Positions 20,729 through 30,342 of a DNA stretch of 61,235 bases are shown here, in pieces. The stretch comes from Patescibacteria group bacterium (GTDB taxonomy: Bacteria > Patescibacteriota > Minisyncoccia > Phycocordibacterales > UBA1550), in NCBI GenBank assembly GCA_038063615.1, contig JBBTUT010000010.1, positions 12,035 to 73,269 of the forward strand. The letters are read 5' to 3'. The position numbers were made by a program, and so were the translations under genes. Position 1 is the stretch's first letter, and every line of letters begins with the position of its first letter. A model generated the notes under the pieces. It did not search any database and had not been told where the DNA came from. It saw nothing but the letters and a program-made list of their open reading frames with translations.

Positions 20729-21874
20729 TTATCTTTTTTTACATTTGACAATCGCATCAATACCCGGAAGTTTGCCGTCGGCGAGGAAGTCGAGGGTGGC
20801 GCCGCCGCCGGTGGAGACAAAGGTGAATTTGTCGGCGATGCCGAGCTTTTCAACTACTACCGCAGTGTCGCCGCCACCGATGATGGTGGTGGCCTTGCTT
20901 CCTGCGACCGCGTTCAGGAGCGCGATCGTCCCTTTATCAAAACCTTCTTCATAGTAGCCGAGGGGGCCGTTCCAGACGATGAGTTTGGCTTTTTTGAGGA
21001 GCGGGGCGAGATTTTTGATCGTCTCGGGTCCGACATCAACGATGCTCTCCTCGGGAGAAAGCTCGCCGATATGCTTCACGGTCGTTTTTTTGCCCTGACC
21101 ATTTTTCACGACCACATCGCTCGGCAAAATGATTGTTCCTTTTTTCAAAAGCGGAGTGAGTTTGAAACTATGCGCATCGACAAATGACTTCCCCACTTCG
21201 AGTCCGATATCATGAAAGAAATCGTTCGCGAGAATGCCACCAACAAACACCTTGTCCGCAATCTTCATAAACTTTTTCAGGAGTGGCATTTTGGTCTCAA
21301 ACTTCGCACCGCCGAGAATGAAAAGGAATGGGTGCTTTGGATTGAGCGCGAGGGAAAGGTGCTTGACCTCGTCAGCGATGAGAAAGCCGGCGTAGCTCGG
21401 CAAATATTTTGTGATGCCCACGACCGAAGCATGCGCACGATGCGACACCGCAAAAGCGTCGTTCACGAAGATGTCACCGAACGATGCGAGGTACTTTGCA
21501 AATTCGGAATCATTTTCCGTTTCGCGGCCGTCGAGGCGCAGATTCTCAAACACAACTACCCCGCCTTCAGGAAGACCGTCTACGACCGCACGAGCTTGCT
21601 CAACACGAAAGTCCGGAACAAAGCCGACATGCATTGTTTTGTTCAAATACTGGACGATTGGCTTGAGCGACGAAGATGCATCCTTGCCGATATGGGAAAG
21701 AATGATGATGCGCGCTTTTTTCTTTACCAAATACTCCACCGTCGGTATCGCGCGGTCAATACGCATCGTCTCGACAATCTTGCCGTTTTTTATCGGCACA
21801 TTGAAATCAAGGCGTAAGACCACGCGCTTGCCTTTCAGCTCTTTGATGTCTTTTATTGTGGGGATGTTTTTCAT
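20729..21874 (-). CDS. pgk: Phosphoglycerate kinase
   Basis: 381 aa; RVVLRLDFNVP..., full-length PGK. Confidence 0.96.
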   Translation of the reverse strand: MKNIPTIKDIKELKGKRVVLRLDFNVPIKNGKIVETMRIDRAIPTVEYLVKKKARIIILSHIGKDASSSLKPIVQYLNKTMHVGFVPDFRVEQARAVVDGLPEGGVVVFENLRLDGRETENDSEFAKYLASFGDIFVNDAFAVSHRAHASVVGITKYLPSYAGFLIADEVKHLSLALNPKHPFLFILGGAKFETKMPLLKKFMKIADKVFVGGILANDFFHDIGLEVGKSFVDAHSFKLTPLLKKGTIILPSDVVVKNGQGKKTTVKHIGELSPEESIVDVGPETIKNLAPLLKKAKLIVWNGPLGYYEEGFDKGTIALLNAVAGSKATTIIGGGDTAVVVEKLGIADKFTFVSTGGGATLDFLADGKLPGIDAIVKCKKR

Positions 21875-21893
21875 GTGGTTTAGTTATCGTAGA

Positions 21894-21946
21894 GAAAACT
21901 AAGGTCCGACCTTCGGGAGTACCCGCAAGGTCAGACCTTAGTTTTC
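21894..21946. repeat. REP-like hairpin family copy 2 (tpiA-pgk spacer)
   Basis: gaaaactaaggtccgaccttcgggagtacccgcaaggtcagaccttagttttc. Confidence 0.75.
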
Positions 21947-22698
21947 TCCGCGCTCATCAAAATCTCACCAAACACTTTCGGGTCCAAGCTTGCACGGCCG
22001 ACGAGGAGTCCGTCGACTTGGGACTTGAGTAGGAACTCCCAAGCATTTTTTGCATCGACGGAACCGCCGTATAGAATCAAAACACTTGCGCCGTCTTTCC
22101 CACCATACAGATCCGCAAGGGTCTTTTTGATAAAGATTGAAACCTCGAGCGCGTCGTCTGTCGAGGCGGCGCGGAGGGCATTTTTTCCTATTGCCCAGAT
22201 CGGCTCATATGCGATGACGACTTGTGCAAGATCTTTTTTCTGGATACCATGAAGCGCCATCTTCAACTGCCCCGCGATGTGTTTCACATATTCTCCGTCA
22301 GGATCGCGCTCTCTTTCGCCGACACAGAGGACTGCCGTGAGTCCCGCTTTCACTCCCGCAAGAACTTTTTTGTTCACGAGCTCATCCGTCTCCCCCATCG
22401 CGCGCCGTTCTGAATGACCGATGATGACATAGCCGAGCCCGAGCGATGCGAGCATTGTCGGTGAAACCTCTCCCGTATACGCGCCTTCATTTTCAATCCA
22501 CGCATTTTGCGCGCCCACCACGCACCGATGTCCCGTCACCAACTTTTTCAGCTCGCTTGTATAGACAAAAGGCGGACAAATGACCGTCTGGACATTGCGA
22601 AGCCCACTCGCGACTTTTTTGATACCCGCAAACTTCGCCTTTGCGTCCTTGACGCTCGCGGGGTACATTTTCCAATTGCCGATGATGAGTTTCTTCAT
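21931..22698 (-). CDS. tpiA: Triosephosphate isomerase
   Basis: Trimmed to MKKLIIGNWKMY; IIGHSERR, AYEPIWAIG motifs. Confidence 0.96.
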   Translation of the reverse strand: MKKLIIGNWKMYPASVKDAKAKFAGIKKVASGLRNVQTVICPPFVYTSELKKLVTGHRCVVGAQNAWIENEGAYTGEVSPTMLASLGLGYVIIGHSERRAMGETDELVNKKVLAGVKAGLTAVLCVGERERDPDGEYVKHIAGQLKMALHGIQKKDLAQVVIAYEPIWAIGKNALRAASTDDALEVSIFIKKTLADLYGGKDGASVLILYGGSVDAKNAWEFLLKSQVDGLLVGRASLDPKVFGEILMSAEKTKV

Positions 22699-22730
22699 AA
22701 GGGTATTGTAGCATAAGATGGTCAGGTGCG

Positions 22731-22791
22731 AAAAAACTAAGGTCCGGCCTTCGGGATTACCCGCAAGGCCGGACCTTAGTTTTTTCTCCCC
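22731..22791. repeat. REP-like hairpin family copy 3 (after the pilus gene block)
   Basis: aaaaaactaaggtccggccttcgggattacccgcaaggccggaccttagtttttt; compensatory changes relative to copy 2. Confidence 0.75.
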
Positions 22792-22825
22792 ACTTTTAAC
22801 TTTTGACTTTACACTTTTGACTAGA

Positions 22826-24136
22826 TTACTGCCCCTCTTTCCAATCCTGAATCGTCCATGTGCCTCCCGGCCCCGAAGTAAAGAGCGCATTCTGAAGCCC
22901 GCTCGCATAGGTCACATTCGCATTATTCTGAAGCGTGATTTTGTACCCTGTTACCTCTTTCACTGATGCGCTGTTTTTGAGAAGAATATCTCCAAGACGC
23001 GAATAGAGAAGGATGTCCCCTTGCGCTCCCTGCTCAAGCTCTATTGCTTCATTGGGCTGACCCAAAGAAGCACCGTTATTTTCAGAAATGAGCATTATCC
23101 ACGAATTTCCCCCGGGTGCTCCCGCGAAATTGAGACCTTCTCCCTCGACGCTTACCGTACTGCTCGTTAAATGATTTGTCGGATTGTCTGAGACCATCAC
23201 GATAGATTGTCCAACAAGCGTAGGGTCTACGCGAATAGTCAGGTGATTTTTTATTTTAATATTCCCCGTCACCCAAATAGGTCCGCCAAGTGTAATGACC
23301 GGGCCGCCACCGCTTCCCGTACCCGTGATTTCCAAATCGCACGGTATTTTTTTGGGACCGATACTCGCCGAATCGTTGATCGCATATTTCCCGCCCGAGC
23401 AGGTAACCATACCTCCCAGAGCGGCTGCCGTTTCCCAATTTGCAATATCTTGCGCAGTGATTGGGAATGGCTGCGCGACTTGCGCGGTCAATGTCTCGCA
23501 CGATGTTCTGTTTGATCCGGAAATCGTATTGCAATACGCAGAACCCGAAATGGTCGAGTTTGAGATAGTGCCCGCATACATATGGCTGCCCCCTTGATTA
23601 AAAACTCCCGTGATAGAGCCGTTGAGTCCCGTCGTCCCACCGGCGATGACGGTGCCCGTGACCAGATTGTTCGATCCGATGATTGGTCCCGCAGAAAAGA
23701 GGCTCCCCGTAATGGTCGAGCTGTTTTGCAAAAGAACTCCGCCGGCACCCGCCTGTACGCCATAGCTGAACGACTCACCGCTCGAAGTCGTGAGCTTCGA
23801 CTTCACGCGGCGCGTATTCAGGAGAATATCACCGAGGGAACTGATTTCCTTCTGGCTTGCAGTTATATCGGTAATCGTCGTTGTAGCGGTATTTCCGCCG
23901 AGGGAAATTATTTCCTGCGCGCTGATTGGTTTTGCTTTTTTGATGCGATAGAGAGCATCCTCGCTCCCCGCCTCGGACAAATAGTATGCCCCTTTTGATT
24001 TCGCAAAATCACGAGCCGTCGTATATTCGCGCACTACCGGAGAGGAAAGTCCGATCGCCATTGCGGTAGCAATGATGACAAAAAACATAACAGCTGTGAT
24101 GATAGCGGCCCCCTTGTTACGCGGAAGATGTTTCAT
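22826..24136 (-). CDS. Large pilus-associated protein (PilX-like N-terminal anchor, repetitive Gly/Ser/Thr beta-rich body)
   Basis: 436 aa; MKHLPRNKGAAIITAVMFFVIIATAMAIG hydrophobic N-terminus; last gene of the pilin block. Confidence 0.6.
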   Translation of the reverse strand: MKHLPRNKGAAIITAVMFFVIIATAMAIGLSSPVVREYTTARDFAKSKGAYYLSEAGSEDALYRIKKAKPISAQEIISLGGNTATTTITDITASQKEISSLGDILLNTRRVKSKLTTSSGESFSYGVQAGAGGVLLQNSSTITGSLFSAGPIIGSNNLVTGTVIAGGTTGLNGSITGVFNQGGSHMYAGTISNSTISGSAYCNTISGSNRTSCETLTAQVAQPFPITAQDIANWETAAALGGMVTCSGGKYAINDSASIGPKKIPCDLEITGTGSGGGPVITLGGPIWVTGNIKIKNHLTIRVDPTLVGQSIVMVSDNPTNHLTSSTVSVEGEGLNFAGAPGGNSWIMLISENNGASLGQPNEAIELEQGAQGDILLYSRLGDILLKNSASVKEVTGYKITLQNNANVTYASGLQNALFTSGPGGTWTIQDWKEGQ

Positions 24137-24309
24137 AATGAATTCTAAGTTTCAAAAATTATTAATATGTATCACAAAAATAATGCTAGGGGAATTTTTA
24201 ATTTCAAATTTTTAATTTTTAAGCAATGTTTTAATTTTAAATTTTTAAACATTTGAGCCATTTCTTTAAAAATTCAAAAATTACAAAATTAAAAATTTGT
24301 GTTCCTCCC

Positions 24310-24918
24310 TTAATGTACCGACCCCCTCAGCACTATCGTATCATAAAACTTCACCGCTTGTGTCGTCGTCGCGCGCGAGTCATGAAGCGTCATTTCCACC
24401 TTCACGGCTTTTGAGTTTGTCATGGATATCGAGCGGAAGACGAGGTTGGTGAGCGTGACGCTCTTTGTCACGAGCGCACCTTTATCGACACCACCCTCTT
24501 TCAGTCGGAGCTGGCTTGCCCCGTCCATATAAAACTCCATTGTCGTATTCGCACCGACCGCGTCTTTTGTCTTGAGCGTAAGTCGTCCCGGGCTCGAGCC
24601 GAGCGTGCTGTTTGCCGTGTCCACATCATAGGCATTGCGAATCTCGCGACTCAATCGTTCGAGCGCGACTGTCGCTGACTGGTTCACGCTCTGGTTCAGG
24701 CGAAGCGTGTAAAATGATTTCATCACCATAATAGTCGCGTTCACGGCGAGTACGGAGAGTATCGCGAAAAAAGCGATGTAGATGATCATCTCGACGAGGG
24801 TGAAACCGCCGCGCGATTGGGCTGAATATCGAATATCGAATATCGAATATCGAATGGGGTACGGGAAATTTCTCGTTTCTTTTTGTACTGTTTTTTTTAT
24901 TCTATATTCCATATTCAA
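24310..24918 (-). CDS. Prepilin-type N-terminal cleavage/methylation domain protein (minor pilin)
   Basis: ...SRGG|FTLVEMIIYIAFFAIL class III signal; long leader encoded by a (CGAATAT)n array. Confidence 0.8.
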   Translation of the reverse strand: MNMEYRIKKTVQKETRNFPYPIRYSIFDIRYSAQSRGGFTLVEMIIYIAFFAILSVLAVNATIMVMKSFYTLRLNQSVNQSATVALERLSREIRNAYDVDTANSTLGSSPGRLTLKTKDAVGANTTMEFYMDGASQLRLKEGGVDKGALVTKSVTLTNLVFRSISMTNSKAVKVEMTLHDSRATTTQAVKFYDTIVLRGSVH

Positions 24919-24932
24919 TATTCTACCCTTTA

Positions 24933-25475
24933 TCAGTTATTAAATATATTCGTCACATAGGTCTGAATCGAGCGCGTCGTCGTGCCGGTGGCGGGCTCGC
25001 TCCATGCGACCGAGACCGTTACGAGCTTGATGTCTGGATCATAGGTGCCGGACACGGCGATGTCGCTATTCGCGTCACGATTCACATCGGCGAGGGTAAA
25101 CTTGCGCTCAAACTTCCCGTCGATGAGCGTATTCGTTGTTGTCGTCGCCCAGTTCGTGCCGCTCCACGAAAAATAGTAGGTGGTGGTCGTGGACATATTG
25201 CGGATATTACTCGTATAGCTCAGGTCGCGAAAGATTTTTACCGCCTCCATCCCTTCTTCAAGAAGGTAGTCTCCTTGGACGGCTGACTTGGTCGTCCCGC
25301 TCGTTCGCAATGCTAGCTGGAAAAAATTTGAAATACCGAGGAGCGCTACCGAGAGCACCGACGCGCCGATGAGCATCTCGATCATGCCGAAACCGCGCGA
25401 AGCGCGAGTCGAAAGTCGAAAGTCGAAAGTCGAAAGTGAGGAATTCTTTTCTGTATTTTTTTGGTTAGTTGTCAT
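24933..25475 (-). CDS. Prepilin-type N-terminal cleavage/methylation domain protein (minor pilin)
   Basis: ...SRG|FGMIEMLIGASVLSVAL; leader encoded by a (CGAAAGT)n array. Confidence 0.8.
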   Translation of the reverse strand: MTTNQKNTEKNSSLSTFDFRLSTRASRGFGMIEMLIGASVLSVALLGISNFFQLALRTSGTTKSAVQGDYLLEEGMEAVKIFRDLSYTSNIRNMSTTTTYYFSWSGTNWATTTTNTLIDGKFERKFTLADVNRDANSDIAVSGTYDPDIKLVTVSVAWSEPATGTTTRSIQTYVTNIFNN

Positions 25476-25500
25476 TCGTTGTTCGTTGTTAGTTGTTCCC

Positions 25501-25989
25501 CTAATTGATCGTCACCACTCCCGTCGGCAAAACGAGGACCGTGGTGCTCGCTGTCGTCCCCGTGACCAAGAGAGTCGTCGTCGCATTTTGGCTCGTCGCT
25601 CCGGTCACTTTTTCGAAAAGGAGTTCCGACCCGCCTCCATTTATTGTGATAGACGAAAGGGTAACAGCCGGGTTGAATGCGTGCACCTCGTTTGTTCCCG
25701 CCCCTGCCGTATAGGTCGCCCCCTGAAAAAGGGTGACATTCTCCGCCTCAAGATGGATGCCGAACCGATTGTCATTCTTTGACGACACCGAGAGCAAGCG
25801 CGCGCGATTGATGACCGTCACCAGCTCTTGCGTCTCGGTGTTCAAAAGACTGCTCCGCCTGAAATTGAGAAATGAGGGGATGATGACAGCCAAAAGAATC
25901 GCCATGATCGCAACGACAATGAGAAGCTCGAGAGCGGTGAAACCGGATGACACTTTTGACTTTTGACTTTTGACTTTTGACTTTTTCAT
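25501..25989 (-). CDS. Type IV pilin (candidate major pilin)
   Basis: MKKSKVKSQKSKVSSG|FTALELLIVVAIMAILLAV; leader encoded by a (GTCAAAA)n array. Confidence 0.85.
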   Translation of the reverse strand: MKKSKVKSQKSKVSSGFTALELLIVVAIMAILLAVIIPSFLNFRRSSLLNTETQELVTVINRARLLSVSSKNDNRFGIHLEAENVTLFQGATYTAGAGTNEVHAFNPAVTLSSITINGGGSELLFEKVTGATSQNATTTLLVTGTTASTTVLVLPTGVVTIN

Positions 25990-27203
25990 ATATTACTCAT
26001 CACACTGTACATCGGCGAGATCATCGATACGGCAAAGAAGCCGACCGATGCGCCAATGACCACCATGAGTATCGGCTCGATGATGGTCGACATATTTTTT
26101 GTCGCCTCATCGACTTCGTTCTCATAAAACAACGCGACATTGAGGAGCATCTGCGAGAGCTTGCCTGTCTCCTCGCCCACTTCCACCATATCGCCGACGA
26201 GAAGCGGGTAGATATATTCATTCTCGGCAAAAACAGAGGAAAGCGGAATACCCTTTTGCACGCGTTCTCCGGCGAGTGTCATCACCTCTTTATAATATGA
26301 ATTTTGAAGGACATCTTTTGTGATGTTGATCGCCTCGAGCATGTCCACGCCGGAAGAAAGGAGCGACGAGAGTGTGCGTGCCGTGCGTGCCGCATTCGAC
26401 TGACGCACAAGACTGCCGATGACCGGCAGGCGGAACAGAGAAAATTCGAATGCACGGCGTCCTTGTTTTGTGCGAAGCGCCATTACAAATCCCGCGACGA
26501 CTCCCGCGACGATGAGGACTCCGATAAGCAGATGATTCGACAAAAAGTCGCTCAAGCCAATGATTATTTTTGTGCTTGTAGGAAGCTCGGTGTTGAGCTC
26601 TTTGAATGTTGACGCGAGGGTGGGTACCACATAGATAAACATCAAAACACCGATAACAATGAGCGCGACGAGGACAACCGACGGGTAGATCATCGCGCCT
26701 TTGATCTTCTTTTTCAAGAGATAGCTTTTTTCCAGCTGGTCCCCCACCACGAGGAGCGAATCCGAAAGACCTCCCGACTCCTCCCCTGCACGCACCATCG
26801 AAACAAAGATCGGCGAGAAGACTTTTGGGAACTTCGCCATGCCCGCCGAGAGCGTCGACCCGCGGCTGATCTCGTCGATGAGCGTCTTGATCGTTTTTTT
26901 GAATGCGGGGTTCTTTGTCTGCCTTTCGAGGATAGTGAGCCCGCGGGAGAGCGACAGACCCGCTTTCATCATCGCGCTCAAGTTGTGCGCGAACACGATC
27001 AGATGCTGAGTTTTCACGCGCGAAAGGAGCACATTGATCGCGTCCATATTGAAAGAGAATCCGCTCTTCACATCTTCGACCGAGATCACTGACTTGCCCT
27101 CGCCGCGCAAATTCGCCGCCACCGCAAAACGGTCCGCCGCATCCATCTCCCCGGCCGTCTCCTCCCCCGACAGCTCCCGCACTTTGTATTTAAATTTTGG
27201 CAT
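25986..27203 (-). CDS. pilC: Type IV pilus platform protein PilC (GspF family)
   Basis: 405 aa; two GspF repeats, 3 TM segments. Confidence 0.93.
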   Translation of the reverse strand: MPKFKYKVRELSGEETAGEMDAADRFAVAANLRGEGKSVISVEDVKSGFSFNMDAINVLLSRVKTQHLIVFAHNLSAMMKAGLSLSRGLTILERQTKNPAFKKTIKTLIDEISRGSTLSAGMAKFPKVFSPIFVSMVRAGEESGGLSDSLLVVGDQLEKSYLLKKKIKGAMIYPSVVLVALIVIGVLMFIYVVPTLASTFKELNTELPTSTKIIIGLSDFLSNHLLIGVLIVAGVVAGFVMALRTKQGRRAFEFSLFRLPVIGSLVRQSNAARTARTLSSLLSSGVDMLEAINITKDVLQNSYYKEVMTLAGERVQKGIPLSSVFAENEYIYPLLVGDMVEVGEETGKLSQMLLNVALFYENEVDEATKNMSTIIEPILMVVIGASVGFFAVSMISPMYSVMSNI

Positions 27204-27213
27204 TATTATTTAC

Positions 27214-27293
27214 AATTGACATTTGACAAGTGACATTTGACTTAATACTACTGTATCTGTTTCCTCTTGTCACTCGTCAAATGTCAATGGTCA
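27214..27293. repeat. Low-complexity TTGACA-word hairpin in the pilB-pilC spacer
   Basis: ttgacatttgacaagtgacatttgac ... gtcactcgtcaaatgtcaatggtc, imperfect inverted arms. Confidence 0.55.
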
Positions 27294-27304
27294 TATGTTC
27301 TTCA

Positions 27305-29053
27305 TCATTCCGACACCACCCGGAGTACCTCCTCGATTGTCGTCACGCCTTGCACGGATTTCATGATACCGTCTTCGAGCATCGTGCTCATTCCCTCTTT
27401 TTTCGCCTGCGCTTCTATTTCAACTGGAGTCGCGCTTTTCATAATGAGGTCGCGAATCGTGGGCGACATTTTCAAGATTTCGTGAATGCCCACGCGCCCT
27501 TTGTATCCATCCTCCGACTCCTCTGATTTTTTTGGACGGTAAAAGGGGACATCTTTCCACTCCGCGTTCGGCGCGACGATGCTTTCCTCTTTCAAGACTT
27601 TCATCACGCGGTCAAGGTCGACCGACTTTCTGAGAGTAGCGACCTCCGCGTCGGTGAGCGTGTATTTTTCTTTCGTATTGCACAGACGGCGCACGAGACG
27701 CTGAGCGATGATGACATTGACCGTGGAAACGATGAGGAACGGCTCGATGTCCATATCGAGGAGGCGAGGCATCGTGGATGCGGCGGAGTTGGTGTGGAGC
27801 GTCGAAAGCACGAGATGTCCCGTGAGCGCGGCATTCACCGCGAGCGACGCCGTTTCATTGTCGCGGATCTCGCCGACCATGATGATGTCCGGATCCTGAC
27901 GCACGAGCGAGCGGAGCCCCGATGCAAAGGTGAGTCCGATCTCCGTCTTCACCTGCGTCTGGTTCACGCGCGTCATCTGGTATTCGATCGGATCTTCGAT
28001 GGTAGAAATGTTCACATCCGGCTCATTCAAAATATCCAAAATAGTGTAGAGCGTCGTCGACTTACCGGACCCCGTCGGTCCCGTCGTGAGGATCATTCCC
28101 ACGCGCTGTTTTGTCGCCGCATAAATCCGCTCAAGTCCGACGCCGTGGAAGCCGAGACCTTCCAAAGTAAAGCCCGACACCGACTCGCGCAAAAGGCGCA
28201 TCACGGTCTTCTCTCCATAGTAGACGGGGAGCGTCGATACGCGGAACGCGACCTTCTCTCCCGCCGACTCGATCTTGAAGCGACCGTCTTGCGGCAAGCG
28301 TTTTTCATCAAGCTTCAAATTTGCGAGCACTTTGATGCGCGCGACGATACCAGGCGCCGCGGTCTTGGGCAAGACCATCGCATCGTGAAGCAAACCGTCG
28401 ATGCGATAGCGGATCACCACCTGCGCGTCCATCGGCTCGATATGAATATCCGACGCACCCTGAATGATCGCGTGGTTGAGAAGCGTGTCCACGATCTTCA
28501 CCACCGGCAGATCCTCGGCGAGCTTTTTCAGGTCCTCTTCGCTCTGCGCTTCGTCACCCTCGGCAACCATCTTGAGCGCGGACGCTTCCTTTTCGATGAT
28601 GTCGCCAAACTCAGCCTTGAGCGATTTCTGGTATTGCAAGAGGACGCCCTTGATCGATTCTTGGTCGGTGAGGCGCGGCTGGATCTTTAGCCCCACTTTC
28701 TTTTTTATGAATTCAATGGCGGCGAGGTCGTCGGTGTCGAGCATCGCCACTTCGAGCGCGGTCGTCGTCTTTTTGAATGCGACGATATTGTGTTTGCGCG
28801 CAATCGGCTCGGGGATGAGCGAGAGCACCGCAAAATCGATCTTCTGCCCTTTCAAACTCACGAAAGGTATGCCGAGAATATACGCCTCGGTGCGACGCAA
28901 ATCATCCTCGGAAAGCTTGCCCTCTGAAACGAGAATGTCCCCGAGAGAAACTTTCTTTTCCGCGGCACGCTTTTCCGCATCATCAAGCTCCGCGCGCGGG
29001 ACCAGTCCCGCATCAGTGATAAAATCTTTGAGCTGTTTATTGTTAACGGTCAT
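27305..29053 (-). CDS. pilB: Type IV pilus assembly ATPase PilB (GspE family)
   Basis: 582 aa; T2SSE_N-like N-terminus; GPTGSGKSTT Walker A; VGEIRD. Confidence 0.95.
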   Translation of the reverse strand: MTVNNKQLKDFITDAGLVPRAELDDAEKRAAEKKVSLGDILVSEGKLSEDDLRRTEAYILGIPFVSLKGQKIDFAVLSLIPEPIARKHNIVAFKKTTTALEVAMLDTDDLAAIEFIKKKVGLKIQPRLTDQESIKGVLLQYQKSLKAEFGDIIEKEASALKMVAEGDEAQSEEDLKKLAEDLPVVKIVDTLLNHAIIQGASDIHIEPMDAQVVIRYRIDGLLHDAMVLPKTAAPGIVARIKVLANLKLDEKRLPQDGRFKIESAGEKVAFRVSTLPVYYGEKTVMRLLRESVSGFTLEGLGFHGVGLERIYAATKQRVGMILTTGPTGSGKSTTLYTILDILNEPDVNISTIEDPIEYQMTRVNQTQVKTEIGLTFASGLRSLVRQDPDIIMVGEIRDNETASLAVNAALTGHLVLSTLHTNSAASTMPRLLDMDIEPFLIVSTVNVIIAQRLVRRLCNTKEKYTLTDAEVATLRKSVDLDRVMKVLKEESIVAPNAEWKDVPFYRPKKSEESEDGYKGRVGIHEILKMSPTIRDLIMKSATPVEIEAQAKKEGMSTMLEDGIMKSVQGVTTIEEVLRVVSE

Positions 29054-29112
29054 TGTATCTCAAATAGTATACCAAAATTTATGCGCGGAGAGAATATAAA
29101 ATTACGAAACAA

Positions 29113-29135
29113 AAAGGCGACCACATGGATCGCCT
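29113..29135 (-). terminator. Intrinsic terminator ending the 29172..30164 small-gene unit
   Basis: minus strand AAGGCGA-tccatgtgg-TCGCCTT followed by TTTTG. Confidence 0.6.
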
Positions 29136-29171
29136 TAAAAAATAAAAAAAGAAGGAAACTATTTGACGCAA

Positions 29172-29423
29172 TTAGTGCATAAGCCGTCGGTAGTAGTGAA
29201 CTGGTCTTTGCTCATTCTGATTGTCTCTACTGCATGCGGGTCCATCCTTTCGGGAGAACCCTGTTTCTCTATCCCCCCACATGCTTTGCAGATTAGCACT
29301 TCTTGTTTTTTGTCTTCCATTTTTTACCTCCTCCTTACATTTTCTTGGCGGAAAGTCGTTCAGCGGAATGATGATGTGACATTTAAGTATTCCGCATACA
29401 GAGCAAAAATACTTTTCTCTCAT
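29172..29423 (-). CDS. Small Cys-containing protein, uncertain
   Basis: 83 aa from ATG 29423 with strong AAGGGAGGAG SD; overlaps 29383..29613 out of frame, so only one may be real across the overlap. Confidence 0.35.
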   Translation of the reverse strand: MREKYFCSVCGILKCHIIIPLNDFPPRKCKEEVKNGRQKTRSANLQSMWGDRETGFSRKDGPACSRDNQNEQRPVHYYRRLMH

Positions 29424-29613
29424 CACTCCTCCCTTTTTTGAAGTGACAACAGAGGCACCAATCCAGCGCGGAACCCTCTTCCTTCTCAGTCTTTTCATAG
29501 ACCCTCCCCTTCAGCTTTTTTTTGACTACTCTGTAAAAAATATACCATACTGCATAAAAAAGAAAAAGGGCGATCATTGCTGACCACCCTTCAATAATTC
29601 CGTGCTTTTTCAC
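29383..29613 (-). CDS. Small single-TM protein, uncertain
   Basis: GTG at 29613 overlaps the upstream stop as GTGA (coupling); WSAMIALFLFYAVWYIFY TM. Confidence 0.35.
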   Translation of the reverse strand: MKKHGIIEGWSAMIALFLFYAVWYIFYRVVKKKLKGRVYEKTEKEEGSALDWCLCCHFKKGRSDERKVFLLCMRNT

Positions 29614-30164
29614 CTCGGGTGCATACTTTTGCGACAGCTGTCTTGCAAAATGTAGAGCCCCGCAACCACCATTGATATGGGGTACACATACAGATACCCT
29701 TTTACTCCCCGATAGAACAGAAAGTTGTATGTGCTCTCCGCAAAAATAGACGGCTCTGTAGTCCACGACCCTATCCCAGTATCAATTCCTTTTGCGCCAG
29801 ATAACACAAGAATGCAGGAAAGAAAAGCAATGCATGAATAACCCAAACAAGAAAAAATCTCGCCAAAATTTACGCCCGTGTTTCTTGTTTGATTCAAGGC
29901 AAAAACTCCAGCCGCCTTCGTTACAAGAGCAACCGCACCGATAAAGATGAGTATCACATACACGAGCATGCTAGTCCACAAGACCACCAGAAAAGACAAC
30001 AAAAAAGTGTCAGATCCGCCGTGTGCCCATAGCGTCCATCCATGGATCAAGACCGATAACGCTGAAAGAAAGAGCTCCTTCCCCCACCCCAAAACCTGCG
30101 GTCCAAACGGGGAAAGAATCGCCCCTCCGATAACCAGTAACCCTCCAACTATCCCTTGTCTCAT
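29610..30164 (-). CDS. Integral membrane protein, function unknown
   Basis: Trimmed to MRQGIVGGLLVIGG with AAAGGAGG SD; 5-6 TM segments. Confidence 0.6.
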   Translation of the reverse strand: MRQGIVGGLLVIGGAILSPFGPQVLGWGKELFLSALSVLIHGWTLWAHGGSDTFLLSFLVVLWTSMLVYVILIFIGAVALVTKAAGVFALNQTRNTGVNFGEIFSCLGYSCIAFLSCILVLSGAKGIDTGIGSWTTEPSIFAESTYNFLFYRGVKGYLYVYPISMVVAGLYILQDSCRKSMHPR

Positions 30165-30342
30165 TTTGAACCTCCTTTTAAAGACCTTTACATTTAATTC
30201 ATCTATTTTTAATGGTACCATAAAGCACCCGAAGAGTAAAGTTTGACATCCTCCACCGCTTTGATATAATGCGGGAGTTAATGTCCGTCTCGAAAACGGG
30301 CAATTTTTGTTCAAAATTACAGGAAATCATCAAAAAAATATC

